Below are positions 47,890 through 58,083 of a stretch of 64,000 nt of DNA, one piece after another. Every line of letters starts with the position of its first letter. Position 1 is the stretch's first letter. The DNA is taken from contig CAVSWO010000002.1 of the NCBI GenBank assembly GCA_963731735.1, positions 756,257 through 820,256 of the forward strand. The letters run 5' to 3'. The notes below the pieces were generated by a model. The model worked only from the letters and a program-made list of their open reading frames with translations. It did not search any database and was not told the DNA's origin. Origin of the DNA: Candidatus Kerfeldbacteria bacterium (GTDB taxonomy: Bacteria > Patescibacteriota > Patescibacteriia > SBBC01 > CAIJZX01). Position numbers and translations under genes: made by a program.

Positions 47890-48474
47890 ATGCTGCTCCT
47901 GACCTTGGCGACGCTCGCGTCGCTGATGACCCAGCCGGTTGAGCGGTACACCGTGGCGGTCGATCACCACCGGACAACCGTTCAGATGCACTACGGTTCG
48001 TCCCGGCTGGTCGCCGACATCCAACTGGATGACCGGTTGGCTTTCCGAGCCGGTCACCCGTTCGGCTTTGCGTCCAGCTTGATTATACCGTGGCTGGGAG
48101 TCGAGCAACGATTGTCCGACGGTGCGGCCGGCGGCACCGCGGGCTTGGAATGGGCCTATGACCTGCCGACGTTGACGCCGGCCGGGGAGACGCCCTTCGT
48201 CCCGCTGCATTTTGAATCGCAGATCAGTCTGCGCTCATTCGGTTCGGAGCGAATCACCACCCAGGTGCGATCCCGGCTGTGTCTGAATATTGATCCGAAT
48301 ATTTCGGCTCGCACCTTTCAGGCCATTACCGAGCGGACATTCGGTCCGCATCCGGGTCACCAGTTCTGGATGGGCTTGACGCGCGAGTGTTGGTGGGGCC
48401 AAGGCGGCTTGTTCATCGGTCCGCGCGGGCAGCACGAGCTGGCCGTCCGGTGCCAACTGGCCCGCTGGTTTTAA
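47890..48474 (+). CDS. hypothetical secreted protein
   Basis: GGAGG 6 nt upstream of ATG 47890; signal peptide MLLLTLATLASLM. Confidence 0.5.
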   Translation: MLLLTLATLASLMTQPVERYTVAVDHHRTTVQMHYGSSRLVADIQLDDRLAFRAGHPFGFASSLIIPWLGVEQRLSDGAAGGTAGLEWAYDLPTLTPAGETPFVPLHFESQISLRSFGSERITTQVRSRLCLNIDPNISARTFQAITERTFGPHPGHQFWMGLTRECWWGQGGLFIGPRGQHELAVRCQLARWF

Positions 48475-48478
48475 GCCT

Positions 48479-48508
48479 AACCGCTGTTGCTCACAGCGGT
48501 TTTTTTCT
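48479..48508 (+). terminator. rho-independent terminator
   Basis: AACCGCTGTtgctcACAGCGGTT followed by TTTTTTC. Confidence 0.8.
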
Positions 48509-48615
48509 GTGGCTGATCATGGCTGGGCGGCCTGGCGGTTTTTTTTCATCCGGCGTAGGCTAGTCTAACCCCGTTGCCGGTACGGACGAGGCTGTTCTTT
48601 TGCTATACTCGAGGT

Positions 48616-49185
48616 ATGCCTAAACGCTGCTCCTGGCCAAAAGACGATCCGGCCATGATCCGCTATCATGATCGGGAGTGGGGGAAACCGGTCCATCGTG
48701 ACCGGAAGATGTTTGAGTTTATTATTCTCGAATCCTTTCAAGCCGGCCTTTCCTGGCGGACGGTGCTGCATAAACGCGTGAATTTTCGCGCCGCCTTCGC
48801 CGGGTTTGATCCGAAGCGGGTGGCGCGATTTACCGCCCGCGACGTTGCACGATTGTTGCGAGACGCGGGGATTATTCGAAATCGGATGAAGATCGAGGCG
48901 GCCATTTCGAACGCCCGAGCCTTTTTGGTTATCCAAAAATCTCACGGCACCTTTAGCCGGTACCTGTGGTCGTTTGTGAACAATCGGCCGGTAAACAATC
49001 ACTGGACATCAGACCGACAAATACCGGCCGTCACCCCTTTGGCGGAAACCATCGCGGCCGACCTCAAGCAGCGCGGCTTTAAATTTTTTGGCCCGACCGT
49101 TGTCTACGCGCACCTGCAGGCGACTGGTCTGGTGAATGATCATATTGTGTCATGTTTCCGTTGGAAAGATTGCCAAACGATTTGA
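48616..49185 (+). CDS. tag: DNA-3-methyladenine glycosylase I
   Basis: RCSWP..DPAMIRYHDREWG..FEFIILESFQAGLSW. Confidence 0.9.
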   Translation: MPKRCSWPKDDPAMIRYHDREWGKPVHRDRKMFEFIILESFQAGLSWRTVLHKRVNFRAAFAGFDPKRVARFTARDVARLLRDAGIIRNRMKIEAAISNARAFLVIQKSHGTFSRYLWSFVNNRPVNNHWTSDRQIPAVTPLAETIAADLKQRGFKFFGPTVVYAHLQATGLVNDHIVSCFRWKDCQTI

Positions 49186-49242
49186 CGGTTGATTCCGTTT
49201 TCGGTATTCTACCTATACGTTGGTGGCCAAGGACACCGCTTT

Positions 49243-49533
49243 TTGCGCACGTACTACGTCTACATTATGGCAAATCGAAAACATGGCACACTGTATATCG
49301 GCGTGACCAATAATTTATTGCGCCGTGTTTGGGAACATAAACATAACGTTCACGAAGGTTTTACCAAGCGGTATCAAATTCATCGGTTGGTGTATTTTGA
49401 AGACACCAACGATATCGCGGCTGCCATCTGGCGGGAAAAGTGTTTGAAATGGTGGAAACGAAGCTGGAAAATTGAACTTATTGAAAAGACAAACCTTGCA
49501 TGGAGAGACTTGTGGTATGACATATACCAGTAG
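49243..49533 (+). CDS. GIY-YIG nuclease family protein (COG2827 type)
   Basis: TTG start preceded by AAGGA. (M)RTYYVYIMANRKHGTLYIGVTNNLLRRVWEHK. Confidence 0.75.
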   Translation: MRTYYVYIMANRKHGTLYIGVTNNLLRRVWEHKHNVHEGFTKRYQIHRLVYFEDTNDIAAAIWREKCLKWWKRSWKIELIEKTNLAWRDLWYDIYQ

Positions 49534-49804
49534 ACTCTGGCTTTTGCCAGAGTGACAAAATACTCCACCTCACCTGTCGTTCCGGCGTAAGCCGGAATCC
49601 ATAGATGTCCAGTGGGAATGTATCTCGGAATTGATCCGGGGCAGGATCTAGAGACTCGAGAAAAACATACTTCACCATCACCTGTACGATGGAGTCGTTA
49701 AGGGCAGAGTGGAGATTGAAGTTTTTCGAAAATTACGACATGTATCGAGCATAGTCACACCGGCGTTTTTTGCCATTTCCCTGAATTTCCCGTACCCTTC
49801 CGGC

Positions 49805-50455
49805 ATGAATACCAACCGATTGAGCGCGCTGGCCGATGGTGTCTTCGCAATTGTCCTGACCTTACTGGTACTTGAACTCAAAGTTCCACAGTTGCTCGGT
49901 CAGGTGACCGACGCGCAGATTTGGGCGCAGTTAAAAAGCCAGGGTGCGGTCTGGCTCGGCTTCGTTTTGAGTTTCTCATTCCTCTTTAGTATCTGGCGGG
50001 TGCACCATTTTATTATGTCCGTCTTGGCGAAAAGTTTGGATAATAAACTTTCCAATTGGAATGGCTTCCTCTTATTTTTTGTGGCGGTCGTGCCGTTTAC
50101 CGCCCACCTGCTGGGTACCTATCCGCGTTCGCCGTTGGCGATTAGCGTCTACGCCGCGAACGTTATTGCAATTGCGTTCCTGATCGACGGGATGCGGCGG
50201 TATATTCTGAAATCCGACAAGGTCGAAAGCCAGCCCTGGACACGGCGGGAGGAATGGAGCGCCAACATCCGCGTTGGGGTGCCGATTATTTCTTCGATGG
50301 CTGCGATTGCAGTCTCATGGAATTGGCCGCAAGCCTCACTTGGTTTATTTGCTTTCGGAATTTTATTCAGCCTGTCGACCATCAGTGTACGCGTCATCTA
50401 CGCGATCCTGAGTGCCTGCGGCGTGCGCGTTCCTCCGGTAGAACACCCAGAGTAA
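49805..50455 (+). CDS. TMEM175-like (DUF1211) potassium channel family protein
   Basis: RLSALADGVFAIVLTLLVLEL signature. Confidence 0.7.
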   Translation: MNTNRLSALADGVFAIVLTLLVLELKVPQLLGQVTDAQIWAQLKSQGAVWLGFVLSFSFLFSIWRVHHFIMSVLAKSLDNKLSNWNGFLLFFVAVVPFTAHLLGTYPRSPLAISVYAANVIAIAFLIDGMRRYILKSDKVESQPWTRREEWSANIRVGVPIISSMAAIAVSWNWPQASLGLFAFGILFSLSTISVRVIYAILSACGVRVPPVEHPE

Positions 50456-50477
50456 GAATTTCTGCTATACTCCCCAT

Positions 50478-50708
50478 ATGTCAAAACCAGTGGTGATGTT
50501 GATTATGATCGTGAGCCTGGCCGCTTTCGGCGTTCTCGGTTGGTATAGTTGGCAGGCGAGTCGGCCGAATATCGCGACAAATTCCATCCACGTCAGCGCC
50601 AACCCGACGACCACGGTTGCCAACTCTAAGACCGAGGTGACTAAAAACAGTACCACGTCAGTTACCAACACAAACACACCGGCGGAAGATACGTCGGCTG
50701 AAAGGTAA
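50478..50708 (+). CDS. small membrane-anchored Thr/Asn-rich protein
   Basis: 76 aa with N-terminal TM. Confidence 0.35.
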   Translation: MSKPVVMLIMIVSLAAFGVLGWYSWQASRPNIATNSIHVSANPTTTVANSKTEVTKNSTTSVTNTNTPAEDTSAER

Positions 50709-50752
50709 ACCGCGGCCAAGCGTACGAAAACTATTTGTGATATACTTGCGCT

Positions 50753-51715
50753 ATGAAATCAACCCGCCTTGGTATCCTGATCGTCATCGTCCTGCTGGTT
50801 GGATTTTTTGTTTGGTGGCGGCTAGCAAAGCCGGCCGAGCCCTCGGCCAACCCGACGGCCAGTGATTTTACCAATACGTTGACTTCAACCGGCAAGCAAC
50901 CGGACACCGGCCAGTATCAGTGGTCAAGCATGTCGCAGGGACCATACCGCGACAACATTTCGTTCGCGACCAGTACCGATTTGCAAACCTGGACCGATAG
51001 CGGTCAAACCCTGGCTGAACATGCATCAGTGCCAGGCGCGGTCATGAAGGATGGAACCATCTTTGTCTACTTTGTGGATGTGCATCAAGACGGGAAGCCG
51101 GAGCAACTCGGCCTGATCACCTCAAAGGATAATGGGAAAACCTGGAGCGATCCGAAGATTTTAACGATCAAGAATATTGAGAAGCGGGTGGTTGCCGATC
51201 CTGACCCAGTCTTGCTGGCTGACGGCCGCATTCGATTGTACTACTTTGATATCAACGACAATCGGATTAATGGGCCCGACGCAACCTTTAAGATTGAGTC
51301 CGCTATCTCAAATGATGGCGAACATTTTACGCAGGAAGACGGTATCCGATTTGAACGACCGGCCGCGGCCGGCGGCGTTGATCCGGACGTCGAACTGATT
51401 GATGGCACCTGGTACCTGTATGTCGGTAGTGTCGGCGGGAACACGGTCGTCGGCGCAACTTCAAAAGACGGTATGACCTTTACCGAAGCCGGTCCGGTCT
51501 ATAGTGAAGGCGCCGTTCCGGACGTCGTCCAAGCGGGTGACGGGCAGTTCTACCTATTCACGGCCGGGATCAATTATGCCGTCTCACAAACCCCACTCTT
51601 CTTCTTCCAGCCCAGCGGCAGTTTTCACTCCAGCTTGGGTAAGGTGACGGCCGATCCGTCAGTCGTGCAATTACCGGACGGCACCTACCTGATGCTCTTC
51701 AAGTATCAACTTTAA
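50753..51715 (+). CDS. membrane-anchored BNR/Asp-box beta-propeller protein (sialidase/glycosidase-like)
   Basis: N-terminal TM; Asp-boxes SKDNGKTWS and TSKDGMTFT. Confidence 0.55.
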   Translation: MKSTRLGILIVIVLLVGFFVWWRLAKPAEPSANPTASDFTNTLTSTGKQPDTGQYQWSSMSQGPYRDNISFATSTDLQTWTDSGQTLAEHASVPGAVMKDGTIFVYFVDVHQDGKPEQLGLITSKDNGKTWSDPKILTIKNIEKRVVADPDPVLLADGRIRLYYFDINDNRINGPDATFKIESAISNDGEHFTQEDGIRFERPAAAGGVDPDVELIDGTWYLYVGSVGGNTVVGATSKDGMTFTEAGPVYSEGAVPDVVQAGDGQFYLFTAGINYAVSQTPLFFFQPSGSFHSSLGKVTADPSVVQLPDGTYLMLFKYQL

Positions 51716-52068
51716 AAGTATTTTTTGCCTTTTTTGCTTTCCAGGCGTAAGCTTCACGTATGACAAAAACTCTCAATCTCATTCTCCTCATCGGCTTCCT
51801 GCTGGTTGATTTCCTCTTCTTCCACGATCTGTTCAAAACCGGCGAGCATATAACCGCCGCTCAATATCTGACCGGTATTTTGAGTATCCCGGTGATGCTT
51901 ATGGCTGGTCGTTCACTGCTGCAGTCTAGCCGCCAAACTCGCGGGCCGGTCGCGTAGGCTGCATCGCCCATACCATCCGGGTGGCCGCTGAAAGGACAAA
52001 GCATGAACGATTATGTTAGTCGTGCAATTACCGAACGGCACCTACCTGATGCTCTTCAAGTATCAACA
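51661..52068 (+). repeat. 50-bp direct repeat (51661-51710 and 52019-52068) flanking a 308-bp insert
   Basis: AGTCGTGCAATTACCG(G/A)ACGGCACCTACCTGATGCTCTTCAAGTATCAAC. Copy 1 is the 3' end of the BNR gene. Confidence 0.75.
51760..51957 (+). CDS. small membrane protein inside the 308-bp insert
   Basis: 65 aa with two hydrophobic segments. Confidence 0.35.
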   Translation: MTKTLNLILLIGFLLVDFLFFHDLFKTGEHITAAQYLTGILSIPVMLMAGRSLLQSSRQTRGPVA

Positions 52069-52123
52069 ATAACAGCTTCCGATCCAAGCCGCCGGGGGAT
52101 CGGGTTAGCGGCTCAACCAGCGA

Positions 52124-52342
52124 TTATTGTTCGTGACGGCGTTTGGTCGTCCATTGGACGTACAGCCCGAGTAGCACCAAGCCGAGTCCAACCATCCAGC
52201 TGTCTGTCGGCAGTTGGTACGCTTGGGTCAGGCGGCCGATAATCTGCAGGATCAGCACCAGGATCCCGCTGATTAGCAAAAACCAGGCCACCAAACGGAA
52301 ATTGACGGATCGAAAACCGGTCGGGAGTTGGGTTTCGGGCAT
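52124..52342 (-). CDS. small membrane protein (2 TM)
   Basis: The ORF is open to 52531, but its upstream part runs through a repeat element. The call starts at M of MPETQLPTGFRSVNFRLVAWFLL. Confidence 0.3.
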   Translation of the reverse strand: MPETQLPTGFRSVNFRLVAWFLLISGILVLILQIIGRLTQAYQLPTDSWMVGLGLVLLGLYVQWTTKRRHEQ

Positions 52343-52382
52343 GCCGATACGATAGCACGCAGCCTTGAACGTGTCGAAAGGC

Positions 52383-52459
52383 CGAACCCCTCGTTCCTTC
52401 CCAGTCGGATAGCGGCTGGAACAACCATCCGGCCCCCACACCAAGATTTGGTGTGGAGG
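52383..52459 (+). repeat. two-hairpin repeat element, copy 1 (CAGyCGGATArCGGCTGG + CCCCACACCAAGATTTGGTGTGGRGG)
   Basis: ~75 bp. It recurs at 55975-56049 and partially at 62792-62826. Confidence 0.7.
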
Positions 52460-52522
52460 CTGGTTTTTCCCTCTTGACTTCTTGGCGGCGCGGGGTAGGC
52501 TTGAAAGGCGTACGCCACGCTT

Positions 52523-53602
52523 ATGAAACACTACCCTATACTCCGGGGGAATATCGCCATCATGGTAATGGTGGTCTTGGCTTTAGTCCTTGTCCGTCCC
52601 AGTCAGGCAGAGACGAAGCCGGAATTAATTTTATATTACGGTCAAGGTTGTCCACACTGCGCGACGGTGCTCGAATATTTCGCCAATCATTCAATCGAGG
52701 ATCGATTCACCGTCGTGAAGAAAGAAGTGTATCAGCATTCGGACAATGCCCAAGAATTAGCGGCCCTGTTTGATCAGTTCGATCTGCCCGCGGAGAAACA
52801 GGGTGTTCCGTTTATGCTACTTAACGGCACCTATGCAGTAGGTGATCAACCAATTATTGATAGTGTTAGTAAAAACACCTTGACGACAAATGTTGAAGCG
52901 ACACCGCTGCCGGCTCCGACCAAGGTGCCGACGCCGGTGACCTGGTGGGCGGTAACGGGGGCAGCGCTGGTGGATGCGATCAACCCCTGCGCCTTCGCTG
53001 TGCTGATTATCCTGATGGCGACGGTCCTGGCCGGAGGCCAGCGCCGCCGGGCGTGGCTGAGCGGTTTGGCTTTCATCGCCGCCGTTTATATTTCCTACTT
53101 AGCTATGGGCTTTGGGCTATACTCGGCCGTCGCCGCGGTCGGGGTCACCTGGTGGATTCAAAAAGCGGCTGGCAGCCTGGCGATCGGGCTTGGCTTATTC
53201 AATCTCAAAGACGCGTTTTGGTACGGCCGCGGGGGATTGATGGAGGTGCCGCTGAGCTGGCGACCGCGGATGAAAGCGCTGCTGCAATCCGTCAGCAGTC
53301 CCGTCTCGGCGGTGCTGGTCGGCTTCGCGGTCAGTTTGTTCCTGCTGCCCTGTACGTCGGGACCGTACATCGTTATTATCGGGATGCTGGGTCAATCTGC
53401 GACACGGGTGCAAGCTGTCTGGTGGCTGGTGTATTATAACCTGTTGTTTATCCTGCCGATGCTGGCTATAATCCTGGCCGTGTATTTCGGTTTGCAACCC
53501 GCCGCGATGGAGGCTTTGCGCCAACGCCGCTTACGGTGGTTGCACGCGGTAGCCGGTGGTTTGCTTTTAGCCCTCGGACTTTGGTTAGTGTTCTCGTCCT
53601 GA
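52523..53602 (+). CDS. thioredoxin-fold / CcdA (DsbD-like) fusion, thiol:disulfide interchange membrane protein
   Basis: CPHC thioredoxin motif, then NPCAF and LPCTSGP conserved Cys motifs in TM helices. Confidence 0.75.
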   Translation: MKHYPILRGNIAIMVMVVLALVLVRPSQAETKPELILYYGQGCPHCATVLEYFANHSIEDRFTVVKKEVYQHSDNAQELAALFDQFDLPAEKQGVPFMLLNGTYAVGDQPIIDSVSKNTLTTNVEATPLPAPTKVPTPVTWWAVTGAALVDAINPCAFAVLIILMATVLAGGQRRRAWLSGLAFIAAVYISYLAMGFGLYSAVAAVGVTWWIQKAAGSLAIGLGLFNLKDAFWYGRGGLMEVPLSWRPRMKALLQSVSSPVSAVLVGFAVSLFLLPCTSGPYIVIIGMLGQSATRVQAVWWLVYYNLLFILPMLAIILAVYFGLQPAAMEALRQRRLRWLHAVAGGLLLALGLWLVFSS

Positions 53603-53741
53603 GCGAGACGGGTTCGCGTTCATCATCGGCAACACCTTTGGGAAAATGGTGAGTGCGTTTGTGGCGCTTGTAATCATGCCGTTGTTCGGTCTGCGTGTCG
53701 AAGGGAACCCCCCGCGCCCATACAAAGGCGGGATTTCTTTA

Positions 53742-53790
53742 GCCGGCCCGCGCAAAGCGCGGGCCGGCCTCTTAGTCTTGACTTTTTCGT
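53742..53790 (+). terminator. GC hairpin terminator
   Basis: GCCGGCCCGCGCaaaGCGCGGGCCGGC followed by a T-rich tract. Confidence 0.55.
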
Positions 53791-53866
53791 ATTTTCTGCT
53801 AGGGTCAAATGTTTAGTGTAGTATCGATCGGTATAAGAGGTTTGTTCATTCCATAGGAGGTCTCAA

Positions 53867-54331
53867 ATGCAAAAATTCGGATTGTGGTGTTTGCTGTTAC
53901 TCGGGATCTCGAGTTGTGGTCGGACCCTCGTTGGGCCGAATGGAACACTCCCGCCAAGAAAAACAACCGGCGTGTTCGTGCTCGATTCAACCTACGTTCC
54001 CTCTGAAACCATTCTGTGCCTGGTAACAAACGGAACCAACGACACCCTGGAGTTCGTTCAGGATCCGGATGCCGCGTACGGTTTGATCTACCAGGACGGA
54101 TATCAGTGGAGAACCGGGTTTCTCTTCTCCTTCATTGGCAGACCCTGGGTCATTCCGCCACAGCGCAGTGTGCAGCTGGAGATCGAAATCCCGAGCCCGT
54201 ATGATCACTTTGGAGAACATCAAGTGTTGGTGGGTTTGCAAAATATCCACCACTCCAAGGTCCACCGAAGATATTATTCGGAAACGTTCTTGATCCAGCC
54301 AAGTCACCAGCAAATTCCAGGCCCGGCGTAA
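53867..54331 (+). CDS. lipoprotein, hypothetical
   Basis: GGAGG RBS; signal peptide with lipobox ISSC. Confidence 0.55.
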   Translation: MQKFGLWCLLLLGISSCGRTLVGPNGTLPPRKTTGVFVLDSTYVPSETILCLVTNGTNDTLEFVQDPDAAYGLIYQDGYQWRTGFLFSFIGRPWVIPPQRSVQLEIEIPSPYDHFGEHQVLVGLQNIHHSKVHRRYYSETFLIQPSHQQIPGPA

Positions 54332-54353
54332 GTCTACAAGTCCAGAATCACAA

Positions 54354-54390
54354 GGCCGCCGAGCTCGACTCGGCGGCCGATTTTATTGTT
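54354..54390 (+). terminator. rho-independent terminator
   Basis: GGCCGCCGAGCTCGACTCGGCGGCC followed by GATTTTATTGTT. Confidence 0.7.
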
Positions 54391-54401
54391 ATACGAATAT
54401 T

Positions 54402-54626
54402 ATGCGAAGGGTATTCCGTAATCGACAACAAATTGACGCCGCGATTGCGAACGTCCAGACATTTATGAATATTCAGAAGAAGTACGAAACGTTTTTCCAC
54501 TATCGTCACCATTTCGTGCACTACTGGCCAGTTTATACTCCGCCCGTCAAACCCCCGGACTTGACTTTACACCAATTTATGCTAGGGTGGTCCGGCACAT
54601 TGAAAAGTCCAACCTCAACCGGGTAG
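54402..54626 (+). pseudogene. C-terminal fragment of a second DNA-3-methyladenine glycosylase I
   Basis: NRQQIDAAIANVQTFMNIQKKYETFFHY aligns with NRMKIEAAISNARAFLVIQKSHGTFSRY of tag at 48616. Confidence 0.45.
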
Positions 54627-54633
54627 GTACCAA

Positions 54634-56000
54634 ATGATCATCTCGGAACCATCGCGGAAAATTCGTTCGGCGGGACCAACCTGGTCCCTGCGCCGTCGGG
54701 GAATTCTGGAGCAGCTGGATATCAAAGTCCGAATCATTGGACTGATCCAGGCCACCCTTGCGTCCGTCCACATGTCCTACACCAATAAGCGCGTGTCCGC
54801 CATGTTTGATGCGCTCTGGAATCAAATCCTGAGCGAGTACCCGCTGACCACCCAAGCGCTCTTCCGTCGCTACTGGAAACTTCGGGAGCGGATGCTCGGC
54901 ATGAGCCCGCGGAAAGATGCAACCGGGCGGCTGATCAAACCCTGGCGGTACACGCGTCGGCAGGTACGTCGGCGGGTGGCCATCATGCAGGTCCAGGACC
55001 GTCTGATACAGAACCCCGATCTGGAGTTTTTGGTAAACGTCCGGAATCTCCTGCAGGTGCTGGAACAGAAACATTGCTTCATCACCTGGGCTCGCCGTGA
55101 TCCGAATCGGGTCATCAGCCCCGTTACCAAGTACTTCGGCCTTCGCACCTTGCAGCCCGAATGGATCAAGCGGGTCCATTTCGGAGGGTTTTCGGCAACG
55201 GTTCTGTTCAATCCAGCCGGCTTCAAGCGTCTGTTGGCCAACACCAGAAAAGAGGGAAGATATACGGCTTGCACCTCCGCAATACGGCCATCAACGTGGT
55301 CCTCGCGCATCATGACGCTGACCGGACGATCGACCACGAGAACCGCCACAATATCTTCGATGGCGTCTTCGACTGGGTTTTCGCCAAGGATCCGTTTACT
55401 GCCTTCCGGGCTGATCTGTCGCAATACCGACAGGCGGCGTCGTCACGCGAGTCACACGCGTCGGTCGTTACCATGCTTCGGAAGCAATCGCTGCTGCGCT
55501 GGAATACTCGCCGGGTGCTGAATGACTATCACCAAGAGATCCTGGCCGGTCTGCCGGAAGCCGCAGCCCAGGGCTTCGCGGGAGTTGACGAAGCGCTGTC
55601 GGTCGAAGAAAAGCTCTTGATAGCGATTTTCGGCCAGCCGCAGCCGAAACCCCGGAAGTCATTGAGCTTCGAACATCAATTCCTGAACGATGTCGGAGCC
55701 ATGTACACCATCGGACCCGATATCCATCAAGTTCGCCGGGAGATCCATCGCTTCATTCCGCGCCTCGGGGATCCCGAATTGCGGGTCTTTCTCCGCCGAC
55801 ATCGGCGAGAACTCGGAACCAAGTACATGCAACTCATCGCCCACCTGACCGCAACTTTTGCCCTGGCCGAAGCCATGGGTGAGCAGGCGCGACGGGACTT
55901 GTACGCGGTGCTGCACCTGTTGCCACCAACACAATTCCGCCACGCCGCCACCTACCTGCGGTTCAAGTACGGCGAACCGCGTTCCTTCCCAGCCGGATAA
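54634..56000 (+). CDS. hypothetical protein with a probable frameshift near 55250
   Basis: Protein-like sequence in ORF 54634 up to ~55250 continues in ORF 55161 (different frame) to 56000. Confidence 0.35.
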
Positions 56001-56049
56001 CGGCTGGAACAACCACCCCGCCCCCACACCAAGATTTGGTGTGGGGGCA
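55975..56049 (+). repeat. two-hairpin repeat element, copy 2
   Basis: Near-identical to 52383-52459; followed by TTTTCTTTT. Confidence 0.7.
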
Positions 56050-56130
56050 GGTTTTCTTTTGCGATACCGAGCTGCCCTACGGCGTAATCTACCTCAACGG
56101 AGACAGATGTTCATGCTCGACGAACATAAA

Positions 56131-56400
56131 CTAAGCAATCTGAAGGGATTTTCTCGGGTCAAGCACTTCAGTGATCCTGGCCACGGTTGAAACGGTCGGA
56201 TTGTTTGTGCCGCTTTCGATCCTAGCAATCTGGCTTTGCGTCATGCGCACCTTACGGGCGAGCTCAGCCTGTGTCAGCCCACTTCGTTCTCGTAACTGGG
56301 CTAGTTGGTAGGCAATATCAACCAGCTGCCGTTCTTCGCGATAGATCTTCGAAAATCCCTTTCCGCGGCCTCGCTTTGAGTAAAATTTTTTCGTTCTCAT
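56131..56400 (-). CDS. higA: XRE-family HTH antitoxin (HigA-like)
   Basis: LTQAELARKVRMTQSQIARIESG helix-turn-helix. Confidence 0.8.
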   Translation of the reverse strand: MRTKKFYSKRGRGKGFSKIYREERQLVDIAYQLAQLRERSGLTQAELARKVRMTQSQIARIESGTNNPTVSTVARITEVLDPRKSLQIA

Positions 56401-56410
56401 AGGTGTAAAG

Positions 56411-56782
56411 TCATTTAATATATTCTCGCACTCTTTTTGTCATGAGATATTCATCGTATAATCCGTTGAGTTTTTTTAATACACGTGATTCGATGCGATC
56501 TGATTTCTTGGTGTAGCCATCTAGCATCACGATAGTATTTCTCGATGTTGTAATGTAGAAAACCCTGTTTCCTGGCCGAGTTCGAATTTCCCAAAATGAC
56601 GTGCCTGTCAATTTTTTCGTAAATTCCTTTGGGATCAGACCGTCAGTTTCGATTATTTTATCAATCACTGCAATGACTCTGGCATACTCCCGGTCATCAA
56701 CGATGCTTTCGAGGTATTCCTGAACCGGACAGCGGCCGTTTTGGCGTTCGAACAGATAGGCTTTTCTGGGCATTGGGCGCAA
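56411..56782 (-). CDS. higB: HigB-like toxin (phage Gp49-like / RelE-ParE superfamily)
   Basis: FERQNGRCPVQEYL...WEIR...RVFY pattern. The toxin lies upstream of the antitoxin, which is the HigBA order. Confidence 0.75.
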   Translation of the reverse strand: MRPMPRKAYLFERQNGRCPVQEYLESIVDDREYARVIAVIDKIIETDGLIPKEFTKKLTGTSFWEIRTRPGNRVFYITTSRNTIVMLDGYTKKSDRIESRVLKKLNGLYDEYLMTKRVREYIK

Positions 56783-56794
56783 TAGAGCTATATA

Positions 56795-56826
56795 GCATAT
56801 ATGCTATATACTCTGTTTATCATGAT
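56795..56826. promoter_or_regulatory. palindromic operator in the higBA promoter
   Basis: GCTATATAGCATATATGCTATATAC. Confidence 0.5.
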
Positions 56827-56931
56827 AAACACTATCTGTCAAGCGGCTTAGATGATGGTGAGAGCGTACGAATGAAACCTGGTATGAAGATAAAAAAACC
56901 CACCGGACGGATCCAGTGGGTTAGAAAAGTA

Positions 56932-58083
56932 CTACTCGACATCGATCTGGGCCCCACCGACCTGGGCATTCGGCGCTAGACGATTGCGCTGGACCAAGAC
57001 GGGACGGATCCAAACGGTTTTGCGTGCTCGGGGGTTCTTGGCCTGCCCCCATGGCCGTCGGAAGTGCCCGCGGCGCCAGTGTGGTGCGACCTCATGAAAC
57101 GGTCGAATGGCCAGTTCTCCTCCAATTGATTCGACTTCTTCGTCGGTCAAGGTGAAGTTACTGAGCACGCGGCAGACGTCAGCGCCGCGCGTGATCGGGT
57201 AAACCAGTTCTCCGGTTGGCGGCTGCCCCTGGTAGACCACAGATGCATCTTTCGCCGGCAGTGATGAGAGATAGAGCGAAAGCCCGACTGCAATCCGCAA
57301 CGCGTGCGCCGCGGTCTTGTTCGTCGACGCATCCGGCCCGGCAATCGGCGCCTTTGGATTTGGTTGGCTGAAGGTCAGTTCATCCAGGCTGTCGGTTATG
57401 AATTCGAGGTCATAGGCCGGAATTTGGAAAACCTGAAGGTCTTCCACTTCCTTGTTCCGAAAGCTGCGAAGAAACTGACGTGTTTCCTGCTTCAGTTGCT
57501 CCCAACGACCAGACTCGCGCAGCCGGTCCCATTGACGGATTTGTGCGCGTGTCAGACGCGGCACGTCCGCCAACGTTCGAGGGAGCAAACGCAGCTCAAG
57601 GTCGTTATCGCGAATTTCCGGCTTGACTTTGAAGTAGATCCGCCGACTGACCATGATCACGTCACAGGGAACATTTTCAAGGTTGTAGACCGGTCGGTCG
57701 AACAGAATACAGAAGGCTGTATATGGCCAAGGCACATCCTGCCACCGAAGGTTGTTCACCGGCGTCAGCTCGAGCATAGCTTGGAGTTGCGGCGTCAAGT
57801 GGTAGACGGCGCGTGAAAATGCGCTCCAGGCGGCGAAGGATGCAGGAATGCCACGGAAACTCGTGTCTGTATCTTCGCCGATCGTAAATTTATAGAGGTC
57901 GAAATTTTCGCCGCGAAATGACAACAGGTATTTGCGAAAATCTCGCCAGTGCTTGATGACACCGCGCGGATTCGTCCGAACCCCCTTGAGTTCGATGACC
58001 GCGAGCGTGAGCTGCGAAGTCGCGAAGGTTAGGTCTTCCCACATCTTCAACGCCTGCTCGAGGCGGTCAATATGTTTTGCCAA
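56932..58083 (-). CDS. hypothetical protein
   Basis: 383 aa; no recognisable motif. Confidence 0.5.
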   Translation of the reverse strand: MAKHIDRLEQALKMWEDLTFATSQLTLAVIELKGVRTNPRGVIKHWRDFRKYLLSFRGENFDLYKFTIGEDTDTSFRGIPASFAAWSAFSRAVYHLTPQLQAMLELTPVNNLRWQDVPWPYTAFCILFDRPVYNLENVPCDVIMVSRRIYFKVKPEIRDNDLELRLLPRTLADVPRLTRAQIRQWDRLRESGRWEQLKQETRQFLRSFRNKEVEDLQVFQIPAYDLEFITDSLDELTFSQPNPKAPIAGPDASTNKTAAHALRIAVGLSLYLSSLPAKDASVVYQGQPPTGELVYPITRGADVCRVLSNFTLTDEEVESIGGELAIRPFHEVAPHWRRGHFRRPWGQAKNPRARKTVWIRPVLVQRNRLAPNAQVGGAQIDVE

